Of a stretch of DNA of 64,000 nucleotides, positions 1 through 10,061 are shown piece by piece; within the stretch, counting starts at the first letter, position 1; each line of letters opens with the position of its first letter. Source of the DNA: Terriglobia bacterium. Lineage in GTDB: Bacteria > Acidobacteriota > Terriglobia > JAIQFV01. A program made the translations under genes and the position numbers. The DNA is taken from NCBI GenBank assembly GCA_020073085.1, contig JAIQFV010000007.1:120375-184374 (forward strand). Direction: 5' to 3'. The notes beneath the pieces are model-generated. The model was not told where the DNA came from. It made no database searches and worked only from the letters and a program-made list of their open reading frames with translations.

Positions 1-396
1 GAGCTTACCTTTTACAAGACCGTCGAAGGAAAGTCAGCGGGAAATCCGAAGGTGAACCCCAAAGAGGAATCCAGTGCGGGGGACAAAGGGAAGAACCAGT
101 CCCCCAGCCGAGCGTCGAAAGAACCTCCAAAGACCGTGCCGGTCACAACGGCGACTGCCGCACCCAACACCATCATCTACCAGGTCGCCGCCTTGTCAAA
201 ATCAGACGATGCTCAAGCCCTGGTGCGCAAGTTGAAGGAAAAAGGATTTCAAGCGTTCCTGGTTTCCCCTCCCGGGGATTCCGGCTCCGACCGGCTGTTT
301 CGAGTTCAAGTGGGGCCATTTTCGGATTCAAATGTGGCGGAACAGATCAAGGCCAAGCTGGTGGCCAATGGGTACACGCCCATTACAAAGAAATAG
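1..396 (+). CDS. SPOR domain-containing protein (5' end lies outside the window)
   Basis: Frame 1 is open from base 1, upstream of the GTG used by the ORF track. The C-terminal segment IYQVAALSKSDDAQALVRKLKEKGFQAF...FRVQVGPFSDSNVAEQIKAKL fits the SPOR repeat pattern. Confidence 0.7.
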   Translation, partial: ELTFYKTVEGKSAGNPKVNPKEESSAGDKGKNQSPSRASKEPPKTVPVTTATAAPNTIIYQVAALSKSDDAQALVRKLKEKGFQAFLVSPPGDSGSDRLFRVQVGPFSDSNVAEQIKAKLVANGYTPITKK

Positions 397-458
397 GATT
401 CTCCGCTCCCGGAATTTTGGGAAGCGCGGCTGACCTGCCCCGTCGCGGGGCTCTCTCC

Positions 459-485
459 CGATCTCAAATTTGAAATTTGAGATCG
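459..485. repeat. Perfect 13+1+13 palindrome CGATCTCAAATTT-G-AAATTTGAGATCG
   Basis: Read directly from the sequence. It lies 63 nt after the SPOR gene stop and about 240 nt upstream of the sigma factor ATG. Confidence 0.9.
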
Positions 486-721
486 CTCAGTTCGATCACT
501 AATAAATTCCCCTGGCCCTGGCCTCCCCGTGTCCTGATTTCCCTCCTCCCTCTGAGGTGGGTTGAAACATTCCGTGGCCGCTGAGTGCTCAGGAGAGCTC
601 TTGCTTGTTTCTGAGGTTCCTGAGGACAAGCGAGGTTTTGCGTAGACGGGCACTGCCCCGTCTGTTGTCACCTCTCTCCATCGAGTATACAATACGAGGC
701 GTTTATCCTAATTCGTCCGAT

Positions 722-1606
722 ATGCCGAATCTGCCGACCGATCAGCAGCTCATCGAATTGCTAGAGCGCAAGCCGCGGGAGGGGTGGCCTCTTTTCCTGG
801 AGACCTACGCACGCCTGATTTATTCGTACTCCCTAAAGTCATTTCATGACATCGACATGGTTTCGGACTTCAATCTTTTTGTTTACGAATCCCTGGCCGC
901 CAACAATTTCAAGAAACTCAAGTCTTTCAAGTTCCGCTGCAAGCTGAGCTCCTATCTCGTGACCCTGCTGGGCAACCTGAAGTCCGATTTCACACGCACC
1001 AAATTCGGGAGGAAAACCCTTCCCGAGAAGATCAAGCAGCTTCCGCAGTTTGCCCAAACCTTGTTCAAATTCCGCTATTGGGAAAACCTGTCCCTCGAAG
1101 AGGCCGCGTTGAAAATGAAATCGGCATTGGGGGACCAGGCGAGCGACGAGGCCATTGAGGGGGCCATGGATCAAATCAATGAATGCCTCAGTATCAAGAT
1201 GCGGGGGCGGATCCAGAACATCAAGCAGCGTAAGGCGCTGGTCGATTACCAGGCGACCACCTCTGCCGCCGCATCTCCCGCCCTGGATCCCGACCCCATG
1301 ATGCAATTGCCGGACTTGTCGCTGAATCCGGAGGTTCTTCTTCATCAGTTCGAGAGAGAGGAGCGGTTTGTAAAGCTGGTGGGCGATTTTCAGGAGCTGG
1401 TCGACGCCCTCCCGTACCAGGAACGGCGACTTTTCATGTTGCGATTCGATCAGGGGCTCTCGGCCAAGGAAATCTCCCGAAAGATGAAAATCCACCCGTC
1501 CGAACGGGTATACACCCTGTTGAATCAGATTAAAGATCGCCTCGGGGCCGAATTGCGCCGACAGGGCTATAACGCAAAGATCCTGGAAGATACTTTTGGA
1601 GATTAG
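722..1606 (+). CDS. Sigma-70 family (ECF-like) RNA polymerase sigma factor with an unusually long inter-domain linker
   Basis: The first ATG of the 605..1606 ORF is at 722 (MPNLPTDQQLIELL). There is a region-2-like segment (WPLFLETYARLIYSYSL) and a C-terminal region-4 HTH (LFMLRFDQGLSAKEISRKMKIHPSERVYTLLNQIKDRL). An anti-sigma gene follows. Confidence 0.65.
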   Translation: MPNLPTDQQLIELLERKPREGWPLFLETYARLIYSYSLKSFHDIDMVSDFNLFVYESLAANNFKKLKSFKFRCKLSSYLVTLLGNLKSDFTRTKFGRKTLPEKIKQLPQFAQTLFKFRYWENLSLEEAALKMKSALGDQASDEAIEGAMDQINECLSIKMRGRIQNIKQRKALVDYQATTSAAASPALDPDPMMQLPDLSLNPEVLLHQFEREERFVKLVGDFQELVDALPYQERRLFMLRFDQGLSAKEISRKMKIHPSERVYTLLNQIKDRLGAELRRQGYNAKILEDTFGD

Positions 1607-1736
1607 GCCGAAAGTGCCAGAAATTTCCGTCTAAATGCTTTGGATTAGGAGTGGTACAGGAATTCTCGTGTTGGGGGCGGGCATTTGAAAGCATTGCGTT
1701 TGTCCTGAAGGAGTTAAACGAGAATCTTCACAATTT

Positions 1737-3986
1737 ATGAATTGCATTGACCTCGCGAAGATCGAAGGTTGGCTGAAGGGCGCGGATCCGGACGCCTTGG
1801 ACAGGGAGGCTCTCGCGCACCTGAAAAGCTGCCGAAACTGCCTCCAGAGCCTGAAGATTGCCGTTGCGCTTAAAGCTTCTGCCGCGATCCCCGCTGCGGA
1901 ATCCTATCTTAGCTCCTCTTTACCCTGTGTGGCGCACATCGAGGATGAAGTCCGCCTTGCCTATCTCGACGAGAGCATGGGGGAGGGGGAAAGAGTCGCC
2001 TTTGAAGATCACTTGGGGGGATGCGCAGCCTGCAAACAGGCGCTCCTTGAGTGGGAGTACGAAATAGCCGACCTTGAACAGAGTAAGGTGGAAGTGCCTG
2101 CCTCCCTCCTCGCCAAAGCCCGCCGCGTCGGGGAAACCGAGATCGCTCGGCATGAATCGGCCGGGTGGGTGGAATCATTTCTCAGAGGCTTGTCTGGGGT
2201 CAGTTCGAAAAGGCTGCAGCTACGCTGGGCTGCTGCGCTGGCAATCGTCGTGATTGTCGCCATGACCTCCATTTTCTACTTCCGGTCCCACAACGGAATC
2301 CACCCGAATCAAGTCGCCCGGGTGAATGTAAATGTTCCCCCCTCCACCGGTCAATCGCCGCAAACCCAGGGTTCTGGACAGACGACAGGGAAAGCCGGCG
2401 GAATCGATCCTGGTACGGTTGAACGGATCCAGAATATTCTGAATCAGGTGGAGCGAGCGGCGGATGCCCTGCCCCCGCGGCAGATCCGGCTGAATATCGT
2501 CGATTCCAACGAGTACATTGCCCAGGTTTCGCCCGCAGGGGAGTTGACCCTCTCGACCCAATATATTGCTGCCACCCAGAATGACGATGAATTGGCGTTC
2601 CTGCTGGCACATGAGGTGTCTCATCGCCAACATCCGACGACCTGTATCCTCTCCTTCTCCACTTCACGTGACCAGTCGGCGAAGACGCTCAATTCTTCGG
2701 TGCAGAAGCAGGGGGAACTTCAGGCCGATCGAATGGGGGTATTTCTCGCCTCCGTTGCCGGATACCAGGCGAATGCCGCTGAAAGCCTTCTTGGGCGAAT
2801 CCAGAATATTCCGAATATTTCCGACAATTCTCATCCCGAATTCAATGCTCGTTTGAAAGAAACCGCCGACGAACTGCGTTCCATTGTCCGGTCCGTCGAG
2901 CTTTTCCGGGCCGGTATTTCGTTTTTCAACACTGAGCAGTACAGCAGGTCGGTGGCGGTATTTGAAGCCGTAGCAGCGATATTTCCAAGTCGAGAGGCAC
3001 TCAATGATCTCGGGTTGGCGTATCACAAATTGGCCATGGAGTATTCGCCTCAGAACTGGGGCTTTAAGAAGTCTGTGATTCTTGATCCGGTGGCCCGGGC
3101 GATTGAACCGGTCCGGGAGGATTTGCCGGAGGCCAACTTGTTTACAGAGTTTTTGAACAAGGCGATCGAGAACTACCGACAGGCAATATCGCGGGATCCT
3201 TCCTACGTCGCGGTGCGTATCAACCTTGCGAGTGCGCTGGACGAGGAGGGGGATTATGCAGGGGCCCGCAGGGAACTTGAAGGGGCCCTGAAAATGAACG
3301 CCGCGTCCGAGGAACGGGCAAAGGTCCTGAATAACCTCGCCGTGATTGCAGCGAAGCAATCGCAGTGGGAGGAGGCGTCCGTGCTGTTGCGGCGCTCGGT
3401 CGATGCCGACAGCACATTTCCTGACCCTCACTTTAACCTGGCCCGTGTTTGGGAGTTGCAGGGCAATGCCAAGGATGCGAGCAGTGAATACGGCCGGTAC
3501 GCCCGATTGGCCGAGAACCAGCGGGACGGTTGGCTCCGGATGGCCTATAACAAGTTGAACAAACCCTGGGTGGGAATGGCAGCAGAACCTTCAGAGGTCC
3601 TTCCAAAGCTGGGACGGGTCCAACTGGGAGCTTCTCTGAGGGTGATCTCGAAGGCACTGGGAGCGCCCGCCGTGACCTGGCAGCTCAAGACCCCCACACA
3701 TTTTGACGTCTTTGTCAGCCTTTATGAGGCTTCTGGCCTGCTGGTTTCAGGCTCCGAGGACGTCATTGACTTTGTTCAAACCACGTCCGCCTATTCGGGG
3801 ACCGATCCTGCCAATCAGCTCTCCCTCGGCATGACCCGCGACGAGTTGGCCACCCGGCTTCGGAATGCGACGCGGGTGCCCGTCTCCACCACCCGCGAAG
3901 GCTACATCAACTTCGGACGTGGCTTGGGGATCAACTTTCGCAACGAGAAAGTTGATACCTGGTACATCTTCGAACCCATCGTCTGA
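1737..3986 (+). CDS. Membrane anti-sigma factor with tandem zf-HC2 motifs, fused to a periplasmic BepA-like M48 peptidase and TPR domain
   Basis: Two HxxxCxxC motifs are present (HLKSCRNC, HLGGCAAC). One TM helix (AAALAIVVIVAMTSIFYF) follows. Then come HEVSH plus ELQADRMG (M48 zinc site pattern) and several TPR-like repeats. Confidence 0.7.
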   Translation: MNCIDLAKIEGWLKGADPDALDREALAHLKSCRNCLQSLKIAVALKASAAIPAAESYLSSSLPCVAHIEDEVRLAYLDESMGEGERVAFEDHLGGCAACKQALLEWEYEIADLEQSKVEVPASLLAKARRVGETEIARHESAGWVESFLRGLSGVSSKRLQLRWAAALAIVVIVAMTSIFYFRSHNGIHPNQVARVNVNVPPSTGQSPQTQGSGQTTGKAGGIDPGTVERIQNILNQVERAADALPPRQIRLNIVDSNEYIAQVSPAGELTLSTQYIAATQNDDELAFLLAHEVSHRQHPTTCILSFSTSRDQSAKTLNSSVQKQGELQADRMGVFLASVAGYQANAAESLLGRIQNIPNISDNSHPEFNARLKETADELRSIVRSVELFRAGISFFNTEQYSRSVAVFEAVAAIFPSREALNDLGLAYHKLAMEYSPQNWGFKKSVILDPVARAIEPVREDLPEANLFTEFLNKAIENYRQAISRDPSYVAVRINLASALDEEGDYAGARRELEGALKMNAASEERAKVLNNLAVIAAKQSQWEEASVLLRRSVDADSTFPDPHFNLARVWELQGNAKDASSEYGRYARLAENQRDGWLRMAYNKLNKPWVGMAAEPSEVLPKLGRVQLGASLRVISKALGAPAVTWQLKTPTHFDVFVSLYEASGLLVSGSEDVIDFVQTTSAYSGTDPANQLSLGMTRDELATRLRNATRVPVSTTREGYINFGRGLGINFRNEKVDTWYIFEPIV

Positions 3987-4170
3987 TTTCAACCCTCAAA
4001 GCACGATTCGCCCGCCGCCCCTTGATGTGTGACCTCGGAAGTCCCCGCTTGCAGCCACCCCGGAGCAGCACGCGAGACGGCCCCGGCTCTCAGATCTGAG
4101 ATTTCAGCGGCAGACAGCGGCCCGACGTGAATGGTCACAAGCTTCTTCAGGGACGCGGGCCGCGCGTCGG

Positions 4171-4200
4171 TTGACACCCATCATTCCTCTAGGCTATAGT
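4171..4200 (+). promoter_or_regulatory. Candidate sigma-70 promoter (TTGACA-N18-TATAGT) upstream of pgsA
   Basis: TTGACA lies at 4171..4176 and TATAGT at 4195..4200, about 90 nt upstream of the pgsA ATG. Confidence 0.45.
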
Positions 4201-4291
4201 CAGGTTCGGCATAATTGAGCGGCGCGTCAACACTCGTCCCTGACTCAGCATTAAACCCCTTAAAGTTGCATTTTGCTCTGATTCGGCCAGC

Positions 4292-4927
4292 ATGAACCTT
4301 CCTATTGCACTAACACTCTCGCGAATTTTTCTGGTCCCCGTCGTGGTGGTGGTATTGCTCTCCAGCCGATTCCCGATCTTTCCGGACCTGTACGCCCAGT
4401 ATCAGGAGTTCATCGCGGTCACGCTTTTTCTGGCGGCGGCCATTACCGATTCTCTCGACGGCTATTTTGCGCGGAAGCGGGGCCAAGTCACGACGCTGGG
4501 AATTCTTCTCGATCCCATTGCGGACAAACTCCTGATCTCCGCCGCCCTCATCTCCCTGGTGAAGACGGTCCCGTGGGTCCCCGCCTGGTTGGTGGTATTG
4601 ATTATCGGTCGTGAATTTGTCGTGTCCGGCCTTAGGAACATCGCCTCCGCGGAAGGGTTCACGATTGATGCGTCGGAATTGGGGAAGATCAAAATGATCC
4701 TCCAGGTGATCGCGATTACGCTGATCATCATCGGGAGCAAGCACAAGAACTTTGAGCTGTTGGGACGGGTGGCGCTCTATCTGGTGGGGTTCTTTGCCGT
4801 GGTTTCCGCGGTCCAGTATTTCCGCCGGTTCTGGGGCAAAGTGGACAGCAGTATCAAGGAGCGTCAGCGTCGTCGCCGCTCGATCCTGCTTCGCCGAAAG
4901 ATGAGACGGGATGTGGAAGTTAAGTAA
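4292..4927 (+). CDS. pgsA: CDP-diacylglycerol--glycerol-3-phosphate 3-phosphatidyltransferase
   Basis: CDP-alcohol phosphatidyltransferase motif DSLDGYFARKRGQVTTLGILLDPIADKLL. The protein is multi-TM. Confidence 0.9.
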   Translation: MNLPIALTLSRIFLVPVVVVVLLSSRFPIFPDLYAQYQEFIAVTLFLAAAITDSLDGYFARKRGQVTTLGILLDPIADKLLISAALISLVKTVPWVPAWLVVLIIGREFVVSGLRNIASAEGFTIDASELGKIKMILQVIAITLIIIGSKHKNFELLGRVALYLVGFFAVVSAVQYFRRFWGKVDSSIKERQRRRRSILLRRKMRRDVEVK

Positions 4928-5471
4928 CGAAGATCAGGCTTTTCTGCTCAGGCTCGCGCGGAAGACGATTTCCGACCATCTTCACAATCAGCCCCTGTCC
5001 CCTCCCGAACCGCTCCCCGTCGGTCCCCTGCTCGAGAAGTGTGGTGCCTTTGTGACCCTGACCCAGCATAACGAGCTCCGCGGGTGCATCGGTTACACCG
5101 CTGCTCTGAAACCGCTCTTCGAGACGGTCATGGATTGTGCCATTTCCGCAGCCACCCGTGATCCGCGGTTCGTCCCGTTGAAGGCGGAGGACCTTGCGCG
5201 CACCCACATTGAGATTTCAGTGCTTTCACCCATGTTTGAGGTCAAGGACGTGAATGAAATTGAGGCGGGAAAGCACGGTCTTATGATTTCACGAGGCAAC
5301 CGGCGGGGCCTGCTCCTCCCGCAGGTCGCTACTGAATACAACCTCAACCGGGAGAAATTCCTGGACCAGACTTGCATGAAAGCAGGACTGCCTCCGAAGT
5401 CCTGGAAGGAGCCCGGGACACGCATCGAGGCGTTCACCGCGTTCGTATTCGGTGAACCCGGAATAGAATAA
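4911..5471 (+). CDS. AMMECR1 domain protein
   Basis: Contains the LRGCIGY motif and DPRFVPL. The ATG at 4911 overlaps the pgsA end by 17 nt. Confidence 0.85.
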   Translation: MWKLSNEDQAFLLRLARKTISDHLHNQPLSPPEPLPVGPLLEKCGAFVTLTQHNELRGCIGYTAALKPLFETVMDCAISAATRDPRFVPLKAEDLARTHIEISVLSPMFEVKDVNEIEAGKHGLMISRGNRRGLLLPQVATEYNLNREKFLDQTCMKAGLPPKSWKEPGTRIEAFTAFVFGEPGIE

Positions 5472-5654
5472 GTCTCGGGAATTTCACCCCCCTCCGCAAT
5501 TGCCCTGAATTCCGAAATCAAGAAACACGAGGTGGGTGTCTTCGATTACCTCGGTAATCCAAAATCCAGGCTTGAGGGGAGGCCACCCTTCCGAGGAAGG
5601 TCGCGGGGGTGGGTGGTTGTTTTGATGCAGGCAGAATGAGTCTGTTGCGATCGT

Positions 5655-7673
5655 TTATTTGAATTCATCGGCCGATTCCTTGTAAGGTTGGGCCATGTAC
5701 TTCCTCGCCTCCTCCTGAGCGCCTTGGGTATTGTCGTTGGTGTCGATGGCCTTTCGATATTCCTGGACGGCGCGTTCTCTCTGGCCCAGGGCATCATAGA
5801 CCTTCCCCAGGTTGATGTGGCTGAACACCTCTACCCACTTCGGATCCAAATCCCCATTGAGAGCCTCGCGGAAGGCATTGGCCGCAGAGTTGTAGTTTCG
5901 CTGGGCCAAAAATGCCTCACCGATCCGAAAATGTGCCAGGGAATTATGTTTGTCGAGGTCCAAGGCCTTTTTGTACGCATCCACAGCCTCGACGTACTCG
6001 CCCTGATCGTAGAGCTCCTTGCCCCGTTGAATCGCGGTCAGGATACGGGTCTTCGCATCGTAGCGGAGGAGGCGGTGATGAGGGTCGAGGTCCACTCGCA
6101 CCGGTTGGCCGAAGGTTTCGATTTCGAAGTCCGAGCTGGTGCCGGACAATTCCACGGTCTTTGACTCGGGTTTCCCTTGCGTTTCGATGGAGACTTCCAC
6201 CGGCATTCGCAGCGTGTCCATGTCCTGTTCCACGTGTCCTTGCACCCGGAATCCCTTCTGAGTCCGGAAGACCGTATATTTCAGTCGAAAATCCGGCGCC
6301 CCTGTCGAAAGGACCCATTCCGCGAAAAAGTAAGTCAGATCCTGGGCTGTCACCTGTTCAACCACCGATTTGAAATCGGCCGTGGTGACGGGCTGATAGG
6401 CAAATTTGGTTGCAAAGGTCTGGAGCGCCGTCGAGAACTTGGTGTCGCCAATAAGATAGCGCAGCATGTGCAGGACAACGGCGCCCTTGTATTGCACCAC
6501 CGAGCGATATTCGTCCGTCTCCTCGGTCAACCGGCCGGCATTCGAGATGGAAGCTGCACTCTCGTGCACCAGGGCCTTGATGCTGAGATCCTTCATCTCG
6601 TCCTCATAAGCGCCTTCGCCCGCATAGTTTTCCATGAACAAGGCCGCGGAATAGCTCGCAAACCCTTCGCTGAGCCAGTAGTCGCTCTTGAAGCGCGGGT
6701 TGAGCCGAAGACCCCACCACTGGTGCCCAATTTCATGGGCGAGGAGTCGGTAATTTACCTTCGTGCTCAAGGTCCGGCGGGCCAGCAAAGTCAGTCCCGG
6801 TGCCGAGTAGCCTCCCACCGTGGAGTCGTCAATCTCCGCAATGGAATAACTGGCGAACGGATACAGCGAGAAACGGGTGTTGTAAAACTCAATGATCTTG
6901 CCGGCCATTTCCCCGTAATCTTTCGCCAGTTTTGCGTTCGACTCGCTGAGGTAAAGGGTGACGGGAATGGATTCGGTTTGGACCGTAGTCTGCACGTATT
7001 TCCCTGCGGCCACGGTGAACGGGAACTGTTGCCCGTCTGCCTGCCAATGAAACACATCCTCCCGGGCTCCCTTATCCACTCCCGTCAACTTCCCCTGAGA
7101 AACCACGACGATCCCCTTGGGAACTGTCAGGTTCAGCTGAACCGCAGCACGATCAAAGTTGTAGCCGTTCATCGGCACCCAGAAGGAGCGCGCCAATAGA
7201 TACGAGCCCGCCTCATCGATGTTGGCAAGCTTCACGTCTTCGACCGGGCTGCGGTCGGATTTGTTCAAAGTGCCGTGATACTCAAAAACCAGTGAGCCTT
7301 CTTGCGGCTTGCTGAGCGGCGCGTCGAGATCGACTGACAGCTTGGAGGTATCGACATCCTGGTTGAATCGAACCGGTCGATTCTTTTCATCCAGGACATG
7401 GGCCGGCGAGAGATTGGCGTTAAAATCAAACTCCAGATGTGAGATATCGCTCTCGAGGGCGGCAAACTGTATTTTGACCTTCGCCTCGAGTTGGTGTGTG
7501 CCGGGGTTGAGCGAGGCATCGATGACGTAACTCTTGATGTCGATTCGCCCCCGCGGATCGGCCACCTCCTTGGCGTTCATCAGGGCGGCCCCCTGGAAAC
7601 AGAGGGAGAGACAGACTGCTGCCATCGCGCGCTCATGCCACAATCGATTCAAAAACATGGACCCTTCCTTCAT
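5655..7673 (-). CDS. M1 family metallopeptidase (aminopeptidase N-like) with C-terminal TPR repeats
   Basis: Contains HEIGHQWWG plus WLSEGFASY (gluzincin motif), an N-terminal signal-like segment and TPR-like repeats at the C-terminus. The start overlaps the lpxB stop by 4 nt. Confidence 0.85.
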   Translation of the reverse strand: MKEGSMFLNRLWHERAMAAVCLSLCFQGAALMNAKEVADPRGRIDIKSYVIDASLNPGTHQLEAKVKIQFAALESDISHLEFDFNANLSPAHVLDEKNRPVRFNQDVDTSKLSVDLDAPLSKPQEGSLVFEYHGTLNKSDRSPVEDVKLANIDEAGSYLLARSFWVPMNGYNFDRAAVQLNLTVPKGIVVVSQGKLTGVDKGAREDVFHWQADGQQFPFTVAAGKYVQTTVQTESIPVTLYLSESNAKLAKDYGEMAGKIIEFYNTRFSLYPFASYSIAEIDDSTVGGYSAPGLTLLARRTLSTKVNYRLLAHEIGHQWWGLRLNPRFKSDYWLSEGFASYSAALFMENYAGEGAYEDEMKDLSIKALVHESAASISNAGRLTEETDEYRSVVQYKGAVVLHMLRYLIGDTKFSTALQTFATKFAYQPVTTADFKSVVEQVTAQDLTYFFAEWVLSTGAPDFRLKYTVFRTQKGFRVQGHVEQDMDTLRMPVEVSIETQGKPESKTVELSGTSSDFEIETFGQPVRVDLDPHHRLLRYDAKTRILTAIQRGKELYDQGEYVEAVDAYKKALDLDKHNSLAHFRIGEAFLAQRNYNSAANAFREALNGDLDPKWVEVFSHINLGKVYDALGQRERAVQEYRKAIDTNDNTQGAQEEARKYMAQPYKESADEFK

Positions 7674-8902
7674 TCCGGAGGACCCGACACTACCACGGCC
7701 GGCTCCAGAGTCACCTGCTTGGATTCAACTTTACCCGTTTGAGTTTCCAGATGGGACAAAACAATTTGAGCCGCCTTCTCCATGGGTGAATGCCCCGTCG
7801 AAAGAATTGCCCTCAGGGCGGCTACCCCCTCAATCATGGTCTGGCGTGCGGCACGGTCATCGAGCAGCTTCAGAACTTCCCTTTCCAGGACCCGGGATGA
7901 AAAATCTGACTGGTAAAGCTCGGGGACCACCCCTCGCCTCAAAATCAAATTTACAAGACAGTAGTAATCGACGTCAATCAGCTTTTGCCCGAGCCACCAG
8001 CTCAGGGGGGCCACTTTGTACACGCAGATGAGGGGCACCTCCAGGAGCGCCGCCTCAAGGGTAGCTGTCCCCGAGGAGACCACCGCCATGTTGGAATACT
8101 TCATGATCTCGCGGGTGTACCCCTCGATCACTTTCACCGGGGCGACCTGATTCCCCGCGCGCTGCCATTTTTCGATTCCCCGCACAATGAACGATCTCCC
8201 CACCGTTGTTGAAGCGGCCAGAAAAAACTGGATTTCGGGCCGGTTCGAGTGAAGGCGCATTACCGTGTCCAGGATGGGAAAAAGATTATGCCGGATCTCG
8301 TTTTTGCGGCTCCCCGGCAACAGGGCCACGCGCGGACGGTCGGGATCAATTTCAAACCGTAAGAATAACTCCTCCTGCCCGCATACTACCTCCAGCATTT
8401 CGACCAGCGGATGGCCAACGTATTTGGCTGGAATGCCCATGTGGTCGTAGAACCGCTTCTCAAAAGGAAGAATGCAGATCATCTCGTCGATCAATTTTCG
8501 CAGGACTTTGAGCCGGCCTCGACGCCAGGCCCAGAATTGCGGGCTGATGAAATAAACGATGTGCACGCCGAGGGATTTCAGACGAGCGGCCAGCCGGATA
8601 TTGAAATCCGGGAAATCCACCAGTATCACCAGGTCGGGTTTCCTCCGTTCTGCCGCCGCTAGAATTTTCAGAAATCCGTCAAAAAGAAATTCCAAATGGG
8701 ATAGAACTTCAACAAAGCCGTGGACCGATATCTCTTCTACCGTGACGATTGCCTCCACCCCCGCCTGTCGCATCGCCTGCCCGGCGCAGCCAAAGAAAGA
8801 CACGGGCTCCTGCGCCTGCCTTTGAATCTGCCGGACCAGTTGGGCGGCATACATTTCGCCCGAGGCTTCCCCGGCCACGATCAAAATCCCGCGTTCCTTC
8901 AT
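7670..8902 (-). CDS. lpxB: Lipid-A-disaccharide synthase
   Basis: N-terminal ILIVAGEASGEMYAAQLVRQI and the overall GT19 pattern. I moved the start to the ATG at 8902 (MKERGILIV), which avoids overlap with the upstream gene. Confidence 0.9.
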   Translation of the reverse strand: MKERGILIVAGEASGEMYAAQLVRQIQRQAQEPVSFFGCAGQAMRQAGVEAIVTVEEISVHGFVEVLSHLEFLFDGFLKILAAAERRKPDLVILVDFPDFNIRLAARLKSLGVHIVYFISPQFWAWRRGRLKVLRKLIDEMICILPFEKRFYDHMGIPAKYVGHPLVEMLEVVCGQEELFLRFEIDPDRPRVALLPGSRKNEIRHNLFPILDTVMRLHSNRPEIQFFLAASTTVGRSFIVRGIEKWQRAGNQVAPVKVIEGYTREIMKYSNMAVVSSGTATLEAALLEVPLICVYKVAPLSWWLGQKLIDVDYYCLVNLILRRGVVPELYQSDFSSRVLEREVLKLLDDRAARQTMIEGVAALRAILSTGHSPMEKAAQIVLSHLETQTGKVESKQVTLEPAVVVSGPPE

Positions 8903-8958
8903 GAATCCAGCCTGTCTTTCCTGCTCTACTCCGGCGGGGGTCTTCCCCCGACTCCCCT

Positions 8959-9861
8959 TCAATTGTAGAGGGCCGGTTCGCCTTCCGGACGTGTCTTCCA
9001 CCGACGATGAACCCACAACCACTGGTCGGGATGCATCCGGATCTTCTCCTCGAGAATCCGATTGAAACGGGCAGTGTTGCTAACCACATCGGCCTGAAAA
9101 TCTCCCGTATCCTCCAAGGCCACCGGAGGCTCAAACCGGAGACGATGCTTCTTGATTTGGTCGTCCCAGATCAGCAGTCCGGGGACTACGGCAGCCCCGG
9201 TGCGCATTGCCAGGGTGGCCAGCCCGGCCGTGGTCGATGCGGGAATCCCGAAGAAATCCGCAAACACCCCCTCCTCACGGGAAGCATTCTGGTCGATCAG
9301 TATGCCCACCGCTTCGTTCTGACGCAACGCCCGAAGGACCTCGCGCATGGAATTGCGCTTGTCGATTCCGACGTTGCCCGCCAACTGACGGTAACCCATA
9401 ATCAGGGCGTCAACCCGCGGATTGTCGAGAGGCCGAACCAGGAACTTGAGAGGATGCCCATAGACCGAGTGCGCGAACGAAGCCAGTTCCCAGGCCCCAA
9501 AATGAGCCGTCATGATCAGGATACCCTTCCCTCGCTTCTTCGCCTCGGCAAAATTCTCAAATCCGTCGTAAACAACAATCCGATCAATGCCCTTCAGGGT
9601 AAACTTGGGAAACTGGCTGAATTCTGCAAGCAAACGGGAGAGATTCCTAAAGACACCCTTCACAATCCGGCGATGCTCAGCTCCGGAAAGGTGAGGAAGC
9701 GCAAGGCTCAGATTGTAATAAGCAATGTGCCGCAGCCGTCCGGCAAAACAATACCCCAGCCGCCCGATCATGCGGGTGACGAACTTTGCGCAAGGCCGAG
9801 GCATCCAGGTTAGGGACTTCAACAGCGTCGCGGCCAGAAAAAATTCGAGTCGTTCGCGCAA
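8959..9861 (-). CDS. Lipid A biosynthesis acyltransferase (LpxL/HtrB family)
   Basis: 300 aa with an N-terminal anchor. MTAHFGAWELA (HX4E-type acyltransferase motif) and GILIDQN are present. It lies directly upstream of lpxB. Confidence 0.8.
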   Translation of the reverse strand: MRERLEFFLAATLLKSLTWMPRPCAKFVTRMIGRLGYCFAGRLRHIAYYNLSLALPHLSGAEHRRIVKGVFRNLSRLLAEFSQFPKFTLKGIDRIVVYDGFENFAEAKKRGKGILIMTAHFGAWELASFAHSVYGHPLKFLVRPLDNPRVDALIMGYRQLAGNVGIDKRNSMREVLRALRQNEAVGILIDQNASREEGVFADFFGIPASTTAGLATLAMRTGAAVVPGLLIWDDQIKKHRLRFEPPVALEDTGDFQADVVSNTARFNRILEEKIRMHPDQWLWVHRRWKTRPEGEPALYN

Positions 9862-10061
9862 TGGGTACCCCGAACGAAGATGATCTTTCTGGATTAGGTC
9901 ACAGACTGCGGCTAGCGATTTGAGCGATATGTGATGACAGCATCCCCAAGTGTGGCGTTCAGTCTCGAGACAGGATAGTATAGTATCATTACTCCGCCCA
10001 TCGTGGCACGGATGAACGCTTCCCGAGAACCGCAGTCAACCGGCTTGATGAGAAACCGAAC

